DNA of 44,272 nt from contig CAZZPM010000002.1 of the NCBI GenBank assembly GCA_964655535.1, forward strand, positions 1 through 44,272, in the 5' to 3' direction. The notes below the pieces were generated by a model. That model made no database searches. It was not told where the DNA came from and saw only the letters and a program-made list of their open reading frames with translations. The position numbers were made by a program, and so were the translations under genes. Below, in pieces: positions 16,568-25,736 of this stretch (the stretch's first letter is position 1; every line of letters begins with the position of its first letter). The stretch comes from an uncultured Pseudomonadota bacterium (GTDB taxonomy: Bacteria; Babelota; Babeliae; Babelales; CAZZPM01).

Positions 16568-19500
16568 CTAACTTAATGTTATTTTATCAGCCATTTCAAC
16601 ACGAAGTGGATAAACACAACTGACCCGAATACTCTTTTCTTTAAAGGTATTCATAATCGCAATTCTAATATCAGAAGCGACATCCCACATTTCACGAACG
16701 CGCCGCGAACTGATAAACCCACGAATCAAAAACAATTCACCAACATCAGTAATTTCTTCCAAGCGAATAATGGGTGATGGAACGCGCAAAATCATTGGAT
16801 GTCCAATTACAATATCAAATAATAATGATTTAACAATCGCAACATCGGTATCATGTCGTAAAACAAGACGAATTTCAAGTGCAATTGAGTGACGACTATA
16901 ATTGATTACTGAAGTAGAAATGATAGTTCGATTTGGAATAATCACCATCAGATTACGGGCGGTTCGAATAGTCGTTGAACGAACTGCAATTTTTTGGACA
17001 GTTCCCAATGTTCCATTAACTTCAATAAAATTTCCAATTTCAATTTGACGCTCAAGGAGAACTAAAAATCCTGCAAAAAAATCGGCAATCTGATCTTTAA
17101 TACCCAAACCAATACCGATAATTAATAAATAACTCACCGGTAAAATCAATTGCGCAAGTCCAATCGTTGCAAGTCCAAAAAGCACTGAAATTACAAGAAT
17201 ACAATAATGTAAAATACGTGAAATAGTATTTTGAGCTCCCGGCTCAGTTTTAAAAATATCAAATAATCGATTTAATAAAAAATGCGTACTCACCGATGAA
17301 AGTAAAAAACCACCAATCACAAAAAGAACAAAACTAAACACCTGAATAATACCAAGTCGATTATTACCACCCAATTTAATTGCCCAGTCATCTGAAAGTA
17401 ACCGCCACATGGTTTCTAGTGAATATGAAAATCCCCATAAATAAGTCAGCGCTACCAGGGCTCCCAAGATTAATAAAAAAAGTGAAAAAAGAACAAAAAA
17501 ACCATAATACATTTTGGCATGTTCAAAACGATCAACAATATCTTCGCCCTCTTCTTTAAAGAAAAAATGAACCGAATATTGCCGAATATAATGATAAAGC
17601 ATTACCAATGCTACACAAATCATCGTTGTAATCGGTACAGCAAACGCTAAAAACCATGCAAGATGTGAATATCCAATGTATGGATTTGCCAAAATAAAAA
17701 GGCCCATAAAAAATAAAAATACCGGATAATAATATCCTTGTACTCCACGCTGCACTAAAAGCCAAAAATCATTATGTGATGGAATTAATTTTAAAACATC
17801 TTCTTTAGTGAAAAAAAGCAGCAAAACAATTAATAAAATCAACGAATATGCCGCCATGACTACTTCTGGCAACTCAGAATTCTTAACACCGTATAAAACA
17901 AATGCTGTCCGAAGTGGTAATAAAATAGAACTTGCGTACAAAACAGAAGCGGTCAATGTAATAAATTTATGCTGTGATTGTTCATTGAAAAAAAAGAAAC
18001 TTAACGTCTGATTTAAAATTTTTAAACTTGCAAGCAACTTTGTTGATAAATAGATAAAAACAAAAATACTAAGTAAAAAAAAGAGCGCTGCCCAAAATGC
18101 TGTATGAATCGGGCCCAAAAAAGGCTCTAATGAAAAAGGAATCCGAAACCAAATATACAGAAATATCCAACTAAAAAGTAACAATGCATGTTCTTTAATA
18201 AATTCAATTCCACGCATAAAAATATTTAAATACAAAAAACCAAGCCGACCATGGGTAGTTTCCGTCACTGATAATAATTTTCGATAAATAAGCTGTAACC
18301 CAAGTCGATAGCATGCATAGAAGAGTAAAAAAATTAAAAAAAATAGAATAATAATCAGATGCCCAGGCCACGTAATAGCAACTGTTTTATGCACAAGAGC
18401 AAAAGGATTACAATGTTGAGGAATAGCCCAAAATAATTTTTTGAAAAAAAACTCACCCTCTTTGAGTGATTTTTTAAAGCCATCAAGCGAAATAGATCGA
18501 CTTGAACGATACCAAATATTAAACTCCAAACGATGTTGCTCAAGCTCTTTAACAAAAGAATCATATTGCAAAATAAGCGCTTCTTGTCGTGGAATAAGAG
18601 GAGCTAAAATAGTCAAATAAGCTTGAACTAATAAGAGCTGCTCACGCAATGCTGCTTGCGCTTCTGAAAGATAACTTAAAATTTCATTACAATATTTTTG
18701 ATGACCACGAAAATGAACATCACGCAGCTCCATCACTTCATCACCTTTTTTTGAAAATCCATCAATCAATGACGTGGTGTGAGCAATAGAATTAAGGGCC
18801 TCTTCACGCTTATTACGAGCAACTCGTAATTCATGCTCAAGGCCTGAACGACGCCCCTTGAAATCATTAATCCATTCATTAATAGTTTCAATATGAGTGA
18901 CATGAGACAATTTGAATCGAGATTGTACATGCTTAAAAGCGAAATATTTTTGCTCAATTTGCATATAATACATATCATTATGTGCCTCAAGCACAAGCAG
19001 TTGCATATCAATTTTTTTGAGTAATGCTTGTAACCGCGCAATCTGAGAATCTAATTGCAATGCTTGAATATTTTTTGTATCGCCTGCATCTTTATATTTT
19101 TTATATTGATCATTCAAAAGATTTAATTCTTGTATTTTTCTGTCACGATCAAGGCGTAACCCTTCACGATTTGCATTACTTTTTGGCTTCAAAAGTGTAA
19201 TTTTTTCTGTTTCATGTTTCCATTCATTCCGCGCTCGTGCAACATCTTTAGCATCAATCAAAAGATGTTTTTTAATATAAATAGACTCATGAGTAACACC
19301 TGATAATAATGATTTTAAACGAACATATTCATCATCAGCCCAGGCAAGATCAAATAAAACTTTTTTTAATTGCCATTGTCCATAATCGATACGCTCTTTT
19401 AAATATGCAGCTTCATATTCAAGAATTTCAAATTTAAATCGTGCACCAATTCCATTTTGTGTTCTTTCATGTTCATCTTGCGCGGAATGTAAATACGCCT

Positions 19501-20173
19501 TCTCTTTTTCTTTCATTCTTGCTTCATATTCATTTTTATAAGAAGCAATTTTTTCTTGTAAAACAATTTTTTGACGTAATAAACTCTCTTTTTTATTTAA
19601 AGCATTGGTACTTTCAACTGACAATCGTTGAGTAGATTCTTCTCGATTTTGTAAATCTTGTAATACAAAAAAACGCTTCTCTTTTATATCCTCTCGTTTA
19701 TCATTAACAAATTCATCAATAATAGATTTTAAATGCTTAATCTGTGTATCAAAATCCATCTGATATTCATGCAATAATTCTTGAAAATTATGCAATTGTT
19801 GTAAACGATCATTAAGTAGAGTAATTTTTTTACTATACACTTCTGTATCGCCATTTTTTGCATGTGCTGTATTTTGCTGTTTGATCAATCCTGATAATTC
19901 AATACTTAAATCATTAATTGTTTTAGTTAAATATCGCTGTACTTCCTCCATTTCATTCGTGACATCTACTTGCAATTTATTAATATTTTCAAGTTGTCTT
20001 TTGCGAAATTCAATACTATCGACTAAAAAACCCAAATCTTTGTTCGTCTCAATAATCTTATTAACCGGTGATGTAGTAAAAAAATCAAATAAAGAAGCAG
20101 AGGCAACAAAAGTCATCATAAGACAAAAAAGACTAGACAAAACAAATATTTTTTTATTTTTTTTTACTATCAT
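16568..20173 (-). CDS. Large mechanosensitive channel of the MscK/MscM (MscS superfamily) type, with a long exported coiled-coil domain
   Basis: The C-terminal MscS core reads GNFIEVNGTLGTVQKIAVRSTTIRTARNLMVIIPN. About 11 hydrophobic helices precede it, and about 550 aa of heptad-rich sequence follow a signal peptide. I prefer the start at MIVKKNKKIFVL (20173). That start has a GGGG RBS and avoids a 70-nt overlap with the upstream gene. Confidence 0.8.
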   Translation of the reverse strand: MIVKKNKKIFVLSSLFCLMMTFVASASLFDFFTTSPVNKIIETNKDLGFLVDSIEFRKRQLENINKLQVDVTNEMEEVQRYLTKTINDLSIELSGLIKQQNTAHAKNGDTEVYSKKITLLNDRLQQLHNFQELLHEYQMDFDTQIKHLKSIIDEFVNDKREDIKEKRFFVLQDLQNREESTQRLSVESTNALNKKESLLRQKIVLQEKIASYKNEYEARMKEKEKAYLHSAQDEHERTQNGIGARFKFEILEYEAAYLKERIDYGQWQLKKVLFDLAWADDEYVRLKSLLSGVTHESIYIKKHLLIDAKDVARARNEWKHETEKITLLKPKSNANREGLRLDRDRKIQELNLLNDQYKKYKDAGDTKNIQALQLDSQIARLQALLKKIDMQLLVLEAHNDMYYMQIEQKYFAFKHVQSRFKLSHVTHIETINEWINDFKGRRSGLEHELRVARNKREEALNSIAHTTSLIDGFSKKGDEVMELRDVHFRGHQKYCNEILSYLSEAQAALREQLLLVQAYLTILAPLIPRQEALILQYDSFVKELEQHRLEFNIWYRSSRSISLDGFKKSLKEGEFFFKKLFWAIPQHCNPFALVHKTVAITWPGHLIIILFFLIFLLFYACYRLGLQLIYRKLLSVTETTHGRLGFLYLNIFMRGIEFIKEHALLLFSWIFLYIWFRIPFSLEPFLGPIHTAFWAALFFLLSIFVFIYLSTKLLASLKILNQTLSFFFFNEQSQHKFITLTASVLYASSILLPLRTAFVLYGVKNSELPEVVMAAYSLILLIVLLLFFTKEDVLKLIPSHNDFWLLVQRGVQGYYYPVFLFFMGLFILANPYIGYSHLAWFLAFAVPITTMICVALVMLYHYIRQYSVHFFFKEEGEDIVDRFEHAKMYYGFFVLFSLFLLILGALVALTYLWGFSYSLETMWRLLSDDWAIKLGGNNRLGIIQVFSFVLFVIGGFLLSSVSTHFLLNRLFDIFKTEPGAQNTISRILHYCILVISVLFGLATIGLAQLILPVSYLLIIGIGLGIKDQIADFFAGFLVLLERQIEIGNFIEVNGTLGTVQKIAVRSTTIRTARNLMVIIPNRTIISTSVINYSRHSIALEIRLVLRHDTDVAIVKSLLFDIVIGHPMILRVPSPIIRLEEITDVGELFLIRGFISSRRVREMWDVASDIRIAIMNTFKEKSIRVSCVYPLRVEMADKITLS

Positions 20174-20222
20174 CGTTAACCCCATTGACCAATCACTATT
20201 ATGTATCGTGCTGTAATAATGA

Positions 20223-20831
20223 TTATTTTTCACAATATACTTGTTCTTTAATACACGATTCAATCCATATTTCAAGCTTCTGTTCATATGCACAATTCAT
20301 ATCATGCACCCATTCTTTGAACAATTCTACTTCGAGTTGAATAAAAGAGTCAATTAAGATCGACAGTTTCATAAAAAAAGCATTTATAACCAAAAAAAAA
20401 TCTTTGTGCCAATGCCCCACTTCTTGCAACACGACAGCACAAATCCATCGTTCAATTGAAAAAAAAAGTTCTTGATCGAAAACAAAAAATTTAATACCCG
20501 TAAATAACATAAAAAATATTTTTTTATGGGGAACCTGTTTTTCTAAAAAAGAACCGCTCACTTTAATCAGTCGATTTAATCCAACTAAATAAGCATAATC
20601 AACCGTCGTTGGCATCAAAAGGATATCGAGTTGTTGCATAACAATCAAACGATTCATTGAAAAATCTATTTGATACGCAATACACATACCCGGCCATAGT
20701 CGTTGCAAAAATAATTGATTAGTAAGTCGCACCCTCAAGATACCATGCGTTTCATCAAAAACATCCAACAGATGCTTTTCTGGAAAAAAACGATGCAGCA
20801 CAATGCCTCTCTGTTTGATCACTTCAAACAT
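20223..20831 (-). CDS. Hypothetical protein, possibly RecO-like
   Basis: An 8-nt overlap couples it to the upstream holA-like gene. The N-terminal pattern KQRGIVLHRFFPEKHLLDVFDETHGILRVRL resembles the RecO OB-fold start. There is no zinc finger. This is a weak, memory-based call. Confidence 0.4.
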   Translation of the reverse strand: MFEVIKQRGIVLHRFFPEKHLLDVFDETHGILRVRLTNQLFLQRLWPGMCIAYQIDFSMNRLIVMQQLDILLMPTTVDYAYLVGLNRLIKVSGSFLEKQVPHKKIFFMLFTGIKFFVFDQELFFSIERWICAVVLQEVGHWHKDFFLVINAFFMKLSILIDSFIQLEVELFKEWVHDMNCAYEQKLEIWIESCIKEQVYCEK

Positions 20832-21804
20832 GAGCTGTATGATGTAAAAAAAAATCTAAAAAAAGAAAATCTATCGGCATACTTTCACTCTGATCTTTAC
20901 TTCGAATATCCGCTTCATACAAATTCTGTAATATATCAAATAAGAGCACTTCAGAAATATGTTTACTATATTTTTTACAATATGTATAAATGTGCTGATC
21001 ATTGGCAGGAATAAAAACATTCTCTTTTTTACCATGAATAAGACGTATATAATATATCATTTTTGAAATCAGATCAAACCAAAACATAATCCAGAAAGCT
21101 AAGGTAGAATCTTCATGCATACTATCCCATAAAATAAAAAAACTCTTTTTATCTCCCGATATAAATGCCTCAATTAACTGTTTATGCGATGCCATTAATA
21201 ACCAATCTTTTTCAAATGATTGCTTAATTTGTGGCATAAAACGACTATTAACTAACGAAATCATCAAAAGACTTATAGAGATTTGATCTATATTATTCAT
21301 TTGATACTGTAAACAAACATCGATAGCATATTTTAATTTTTCAGGAGCCATGTGAGGAACAACATGAGTCGCAATAAAACGGATATCCTCCTCCTGTACA
21401 AAATCAGGCGAAGTAATTAAGCAGATTGCTTTACAAGCAGACTCTCCTCCCCATGTAATATAATCAGCATAACTCAGTACGATAAAAAGAGGGCGCTCTA
21501 TTGTTGCAGTTAATCGCAAGGCATCTAATACTTGAATATTTTTTTTGGTTAAAGAATCATATGAACGCGCAGTATAAAATAATTCGGAATCATGAAACAG
21601 AGATTCTTGTAAAAGACTACTACCAGAATCATCTTCATGCAAAAATTTCAGGGTATCAATTGACAAGACTGCAAGTAACTTTTTACGAATCAATGAAGCA
21701 ATCATAATTGATGGATCTTGAGCAACATAAAGAAAAACAGAATAATTTTTGATCTGCTCAAACAAAACTTTTGTTAAAAAAAAATCATACGAACAAGTAT
21801 TCAT
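20824..21804 (-). CDS. holA: DNA polymerase III delta subunit-like protein
   Basis: At 326 aa the size is right. FLYVAQDPSIMIASLIRK compares with E. coli YLLLGNDPLLLQESQDAV. QLIEAFISGDKKSFFILWDSM compares with WVDALLMGKSKRALHILQQL. It follows a small lipoprotein-like gene, as in the lptE-holA arrangement. Confidence 0.5.
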   Translation of the reverse strand: MNTCSYDFFLTKVLFEQIKNYSVFLYVAQDPSIMIASLIRKKLLAVLSIDTLKFLHEDDSGSSLLQESLFHDSELFYTARSYDSLTKKNIQVLDALRLTATIERPLFIVLSYADYITWGGESACKAICLITSPDFVQEEDIRFIATHVVPHMAPEKLKYAIDVCLQYQMNNIDQISISLLMISLVNSRFMPQIKQSFEKDWLLMASHKQLIEAFISGDKKSFFILWDSMHEDSTLAFWIMFWFDLISKMIYYIRLIHGKKENVFIPANDQHIYTYCKKYSKHISEVLLFDILQNLYEADIRSKDQSESMPIDFLFLDFFLHHTAHV

Positions 21805-21812
21805 GGAAGCCC

Positions 21813-22271
21813 TTACATATATTTAAAACAGATCGCTTCAATCTGTGATGCAAGCATAGAACAGATTTCTTTCATAGTATCATGTTCATATCGATTTTTC
21901 CATAAAAAATCACGTGCTCCTATCATACCTTGTTCATAGGTACAAAGATAATCTTCAAGAAGCAATTGTTTTCCTTTTTTTATAGAAAGCCTACAATCAA
22001 TTTTTTGAAATTTGCCTCCATTAATCAAATCATGATTTACTGGAAGACCAATTATAGTGGAAACTAAAAAATCTGTACAATAAACCGTATAAACGGCATT
22101 TTCAGCGTGATTAATAGAATAGCCCCGTGCATAAAAAACTTGATGTAAAGATTTCTGCAACAAATTAATCCAGACGGTATTCACTAAAAAAGATTTATCA
22201 AAATGAAATGAAACAACGGGTCGATCATAATAAGAAGTCAATGCTATCGTCTGTTTTTGACAACCTTGCAT
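21813..22271 (-). CDS. Hypothetical protein, possible LptE-like lipoprotein
   Basis: It sits immediately upstream of the holA-like gene, matching the lptE-holA synteny known from proteobacteria. A Cys is present at residue 4 (MQGC). There is no recognisable signal peptide after the annotated Met (see the related finding). Confidence 0.35.
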   Translation of the reverse strand: MQGCQKQTIALTSYYDRPVVSFHFDKSFLVNTVWINLLQKSLHQVFYARGYSINHAENAVYTVYCTDFLVSTIIGLPVNHDLINGGKFQKIDCRLSIKKGKQLLLEDYLCTYEQGMIGARDFLWKNRYEHDTMKEICSMLASQIEAICFKYM

Positions 22272-22310
22272 AGAAAATAAAAAAAAAAAAACAAAAAATA
22301 AAAAAAAATT

Positions 22311-23138
22311 TTATAAATATTTTATATTTAGCTGATGTTCTAAGCTTAATAATCCAGATTTTGTTGCTGGTTTAATATTTTGTTCTTCAGCCTGTTTTGC
22401 AGCATGAGCCTGATGTAATTCAAAAAACTCAATAATAGGCTTTATTAAAGAATCAGCTGATTGAAATGCTACTTTTTTTAATTGATCAAATTCATCAGAG
22501 GTTAAAGGTCTTTTTTCTGCCGTGCCTTGCACTTCAATAATATTTTTTTGCAAAGTCATGACAAAATTAAAATCCGCAATAACTTGATTATCTTCAACCT
22601 GATTTAAATCAACAAAAATTTCATGATCTTGTGTGATGCCGACAGAAAGAGCTAAGAGCGCCTCTTTCATAAAAGGCGCTTTAATTTTTTTCTGTTCAAG
22701 CCACTTTGTCTCCGCACGTTTTAATGCAAGACTAGCAGCCATAATAGATGCAACACGTGTACTTCCGTCAGCTTGTAAAACATCACAATCAATGTAAATA
22801 GTTTTTTCGCCAAGTACATCACAAGCAACCACAGAGCGCAATGCTCTGCCAATTAAACGAGATATTTCAACGCTACGACCATTTTTTTGGATGTTATTAG
22901 AATCACGCAAGGTACGTTGCTTTGTTGCTGTAGGAAGCATTGCGTATTCCGCAGTAAGCCATCCTTGCCCTTTGCCCTTCAAAAATAAAGGAACACCGGT
23001 TTGTAACGTAACAGAAGCCAAAACTTTTGTCGCACCAAGCGATAACAAAACAGAACCATCTGCATAACCAAATGTATCAAATAAAACAGATAATTTACGA
23101 ACTTCGTGTAGCCCGCGCCCATCTAATCTTTTTTTCAT
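22311..23138 (-). CDS. rph: Ribonuclease PH
   Basis: RLDGRGLHEVRKLSV, TAEYAMLPTAT, NGRSVEISRLIGRALR and DCDVLQADGSTR are canonical RNase PH blocks. I prefer ATG 23138 over the TTG at 23147. Confidence 0.9.
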   Translation of the reverse strand: MKKRLDGRGLHEVRKLSVLFDTFGYADGSVLLSLGATKVLASVTLQTGVPLFLKGKGQGWLTAEYAMLPTATKQRTLRDSNNIQKNGRSVEISRLIGRALRSVVACDVLGEKTIYIDCDVLQADGSTRVASIMAASLALKRAETKWLEQKKIKAPFMKEALLALSVGITQDHEIFVDLNQVEDNQVIADFNFVMTLQKNIIEVQGTAEKRPLTSDEFDQLKKVAFQSADSLIKPIIEFFELHQAHAAKQAEEQNIKPATKSGLLSLEHQLNIKYL

Positions 23139-23149
23139 ATAATCCAACT

Positions 23150-25249
23150 CTAATCGTTTTTAGATTCTAATTCAGGAGCAACCAATCGAATACGACCTGT
23201 TTCTGCATCATATGCAAGAACGCGAACTTTAAGTGGGGAATTAAGTGGATATTTTTTCTCAATATCACGCTGTAATTCTTTAGCTATTGTTGAAATATGA
23301 ATAAGTCCATCACGACCTGGAACCAATTCAACAAAAATACCAAAATCGGCATATCGTCGAATAATACCATCATATTCAACACCTACTTCAACATCGCCAA
23401 CCATTGTTTTAATGGTACTTGCTGCTGCATTTGCTGACTCTTGATTTTTTGCATAAATTTTAACGGTACCATCATCTTCAATGTCAATTTGCGCACTTGT
23501 TTTAGCAATAATTTCTTTAATATTACGTCCAGAAGGCCCAATAACCATACCAATTTTATCAATCGGTATTCTAATAAATACAACTTGTGGAGCTGTAGCT
23601 GCAGTTTTTGTACGAGGAGCTGACAAGGTTTTTTTCATATTTTCTAAAATATGTAATCGTCCTGTTTTTGCGTCTGCAAATGCACGACGTAGTACATCAA
23701 CACTCAAGCCATTTTTTTCTTTGATATCCATTTGGACAGCACAAACGCCTTTATCAGAACCAGTCACCTTCAAATCCATCAAACCATACGCATCTTCAAC
23801 ACCAGCAATATCTGTTAACACATGAAACTGACCAGAAGCATCCGCCAACAATCCCATTGCAACGCCACTAACCATATCTTTAATAGGAACGCCACCATCC
23901 ATTAATGCTAATGTTGTTGCACAGACTGTTGCCATTGATGAAGAACCATTTGATTCTAAAATATCAACAACTGTACGAATGGTATAAGGGAAAGTTTCTT
24001 GTGAAGGTAGAACATATTGAAAAGAATTAAGAGCCAAATGACCATGCCCAATTTCACGTCTTCCTACACTACGCATTGGTCGAACTTCGCCCGTTGCAAA
24101 TGGAGGAAAATTATAGTGTAACATAAATGACTGTTCTTCAAGCCCACCCATTAATGTTTCAATTTTTTGCGCATCTTGTCCCGTCCCTAATGTCAAACTT
24201 GCAAGCGCTTGTGTTTCACCGCGCTGAAAAACAGCTGAGCCATGCACACAAGGTAAAATTTGAACTTCAGACATAATAGGACGAACTTCTGATAACTGAC
24301 GACCATCAAATCGTTTTTTATTTTGAGCAATTGTTTGAGGAATTGCATCCTTCAAAATTAAATCAAAAATAAAATGTATTTTGATATTATTAATTTCACC
24401 AGCTTCAATTGCAGATGCAAACTTCTTTGTTAAATTTTCTTGAAATGATGCCATAACAACTGAACGATCAGATTTGCTGTCATTATAAAACTGTTCCGCA
24501 AATCCAACAGGCAATTCAGCATTAATTTTTTGTTTCCACCCGTCCCAATCAAAAGCATTTGATAAAACAGCTTTTGTTTTTCCAAGTTCTTTCTGAATTG
24601 ATAATTGCCATTCAACTTGTTCAATAATAAGCGAGTGCGCTTTATTAATCAAATCAATAATAACATCTTCTTGTATCGTATCACAATTACCTTCAAGCAT
24701 TGAAATGCCATCGCGTGTTCCAGCAACAATGAAATATGCATCAGATTTTGCAATATCTTCAAATGAAAGATTATATTTCCATTCACCATCAACACGTCCT
24801 ACCTGTACCGCACCAATCGGTCCCATAAAAGGAATACTCGAAATAGTTAATGCAAGAGAAGAACCAAGCATAGCCAAAACATTAGTCGGAAATTGTCCAT
24901 CTGAAGAATAAACTGTTGAAATCAATTGTACTTCATTAAAATAATATGTTGGAAACAAGGGACGAACTGGTCGATCAATTAATCGAGAGGTGAGAACTTC
25001 AACATCGCTCAATTTCCCTTCACGCTTAAAAAAGCCACCTGGAATACGTCCTGCAGCTGATGGCCGCTCACGATATTCAACAGTTAAAGGAAAAAAGCCC
25101 ATAAAATCACGAGCCTCTTTTGCTGCTACCGCAGTCGATAAAACAATGTTATTACCATGACGGATCCAGACAGAACCATCAGCTTGACGAGCAAGCTTTC
25201 CTATTTCAACTTCTATTCCCATTGAGGGCAATTTAAAAACTTTAGACAT
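23150..25249 (-). CDS. pnp: Polyribonucleotide nucleotidyltransferase (PNPase)
   Basis: Two RNase PH-like cores are present (FDGRQLSEVRPI, GRREIGHG), plus KH (GPSGRNIKEI) and S1 (GIIRRYADFGIFVEL) domains. AGGA lies 5 nt before ATG 25249; the alternative start is 25261. Confidence 0.95.
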   Translation of the reverse strand: MSKVFKLPSMGIEVEIGKLARQADGSVWIRHGNNIVLSTAVAAKEARDFMGFFPLTVEYRERPSAAGRIPGGFFKREGKLSDVEVLTSRLIDRPVRPLFPTYYFNEVQLISTVYSSDGQFPTNVLAMLGSSLALTISSIPFMGPIGAVQVGRVDGEWKYNLSFEDIAKSDAYFIVAGTRDGISMLEGNCDTIQEDVIIDLINKAHSLIIEQVEWQLSIQKELGKTKAVLSNAFDWDGWKQKINAELPVGFAEQFYNDSKSDRSVVMASFQENLTKKFASAIEAGEINNIKIHFIFDLILKDAIPQTIAQNKKRFDGRQLSEVRPIMSEVQILPCVHGSAVFQRGETQALASLTLGTGQDAQKIETLMGGLEEQSFMLHYNFPPFATGEVRPMRSVGRREIGHGHLALNSFQYVLPSQETFPYTIRTVVDILESNGSSSMATVCATTLALMDGGVPIKDMVSGVAMGLLADASGQFHVLTDIAGVEDAYGLMDLKVTGSDKGVCAVQMDIKEKNGLSVDVLRRAFADAKTGRLHILENMKKTLSAPRTKTAATAPQVVFIRIPIDKIGMVIGPSGRNIKEIIAKTSAQIDIEDDGTVKIYAKNQESANAAASTIKTMVGDVEVGVEYDGIIRRYADFGIFVELVPGRDGLIHISTIAKELQRDIEKKYPLNSPLKVRVLAYDAETGRIRLVAPELESKND

Positions 25250-25354
25250 ATTATTCCTCATGTGTTAGGGAAATCATAGATTTTAATAACACTGTTATTT
25301 TTTACTTTGTTTGCAACAAAAATGTACTCTTAAATAATAAAAAAACAAGTCAAA

Positions 25355-25591
25355 TTAATGAGCAGCAACTTTATTACTTCTTTTTAAATAAGCTTCAAGT
25401 CTACGTCGTTGACCTACTAATTTTAATAAACCAGCACGTGAATGAAAATCTTTTTTAAACTGTTTCAAATGCTCAGCTATTTCTAAAATACGTGCACTCA
25501 AGATTGCAATTTGAACACCAGTCGAACCAGTATCATTACCTGAAATTGCATGCTTTTTTATTATTTCTTGTTTTTTTTCTCTATTAATCAC
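25355..25591 (-). CDS. rpsO: 30S ribosomal protein S15
   Basis: The motifs are [18 protein letters not shown]...[29 protein letters not shown]. The start is GTG. The canonical rpsO-pnp pairing is present. Confidence 0.9.
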   Translation of the reverse strand: MINREKKQEIIKKHAISGNDTGSTGVQIAILSARILEIAEHLKQFKKDFHSRAGLLKLVGQRRRLEAYLKRSNKVAAH

Positions 25592-25643
25592 AATACCCTC
25601 ACCATAAAAACATCATTCTTTTAACTATCTATATCCTATTTAC

Positions 25644-25719
25644 TGGTAGGCACGAGCGGACTCGAACCGCTGACCCTTGCTACGTCAAAGCAATGCTCTA
25701 CCAACTGAGCTACGCGCCT
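25644..25719 (-). tRNA. tRNA-Val (anticodon GAC), CCA encoded
   Basis: I folded the cloverleaf by hand: acceptor AGGCGCG/CGTGCCT, anticodon arm TTGCT-TTGACGT-AGCAA, T arm AGCGG-TTCGAGT-CCGCT. Confidence 0.9.
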
Positions 25720-25736
25720 ATCAATTCTCTTTATTA

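Noticed and set aside
22311-22430. A C-terminal extension of about 35-40 aa on RNase PH relative to the roughly 240-aa enzymes I remember.
   Set aside because: The tail is short, polar and probably disordered, with no motif. It is of low information value without comparative data.
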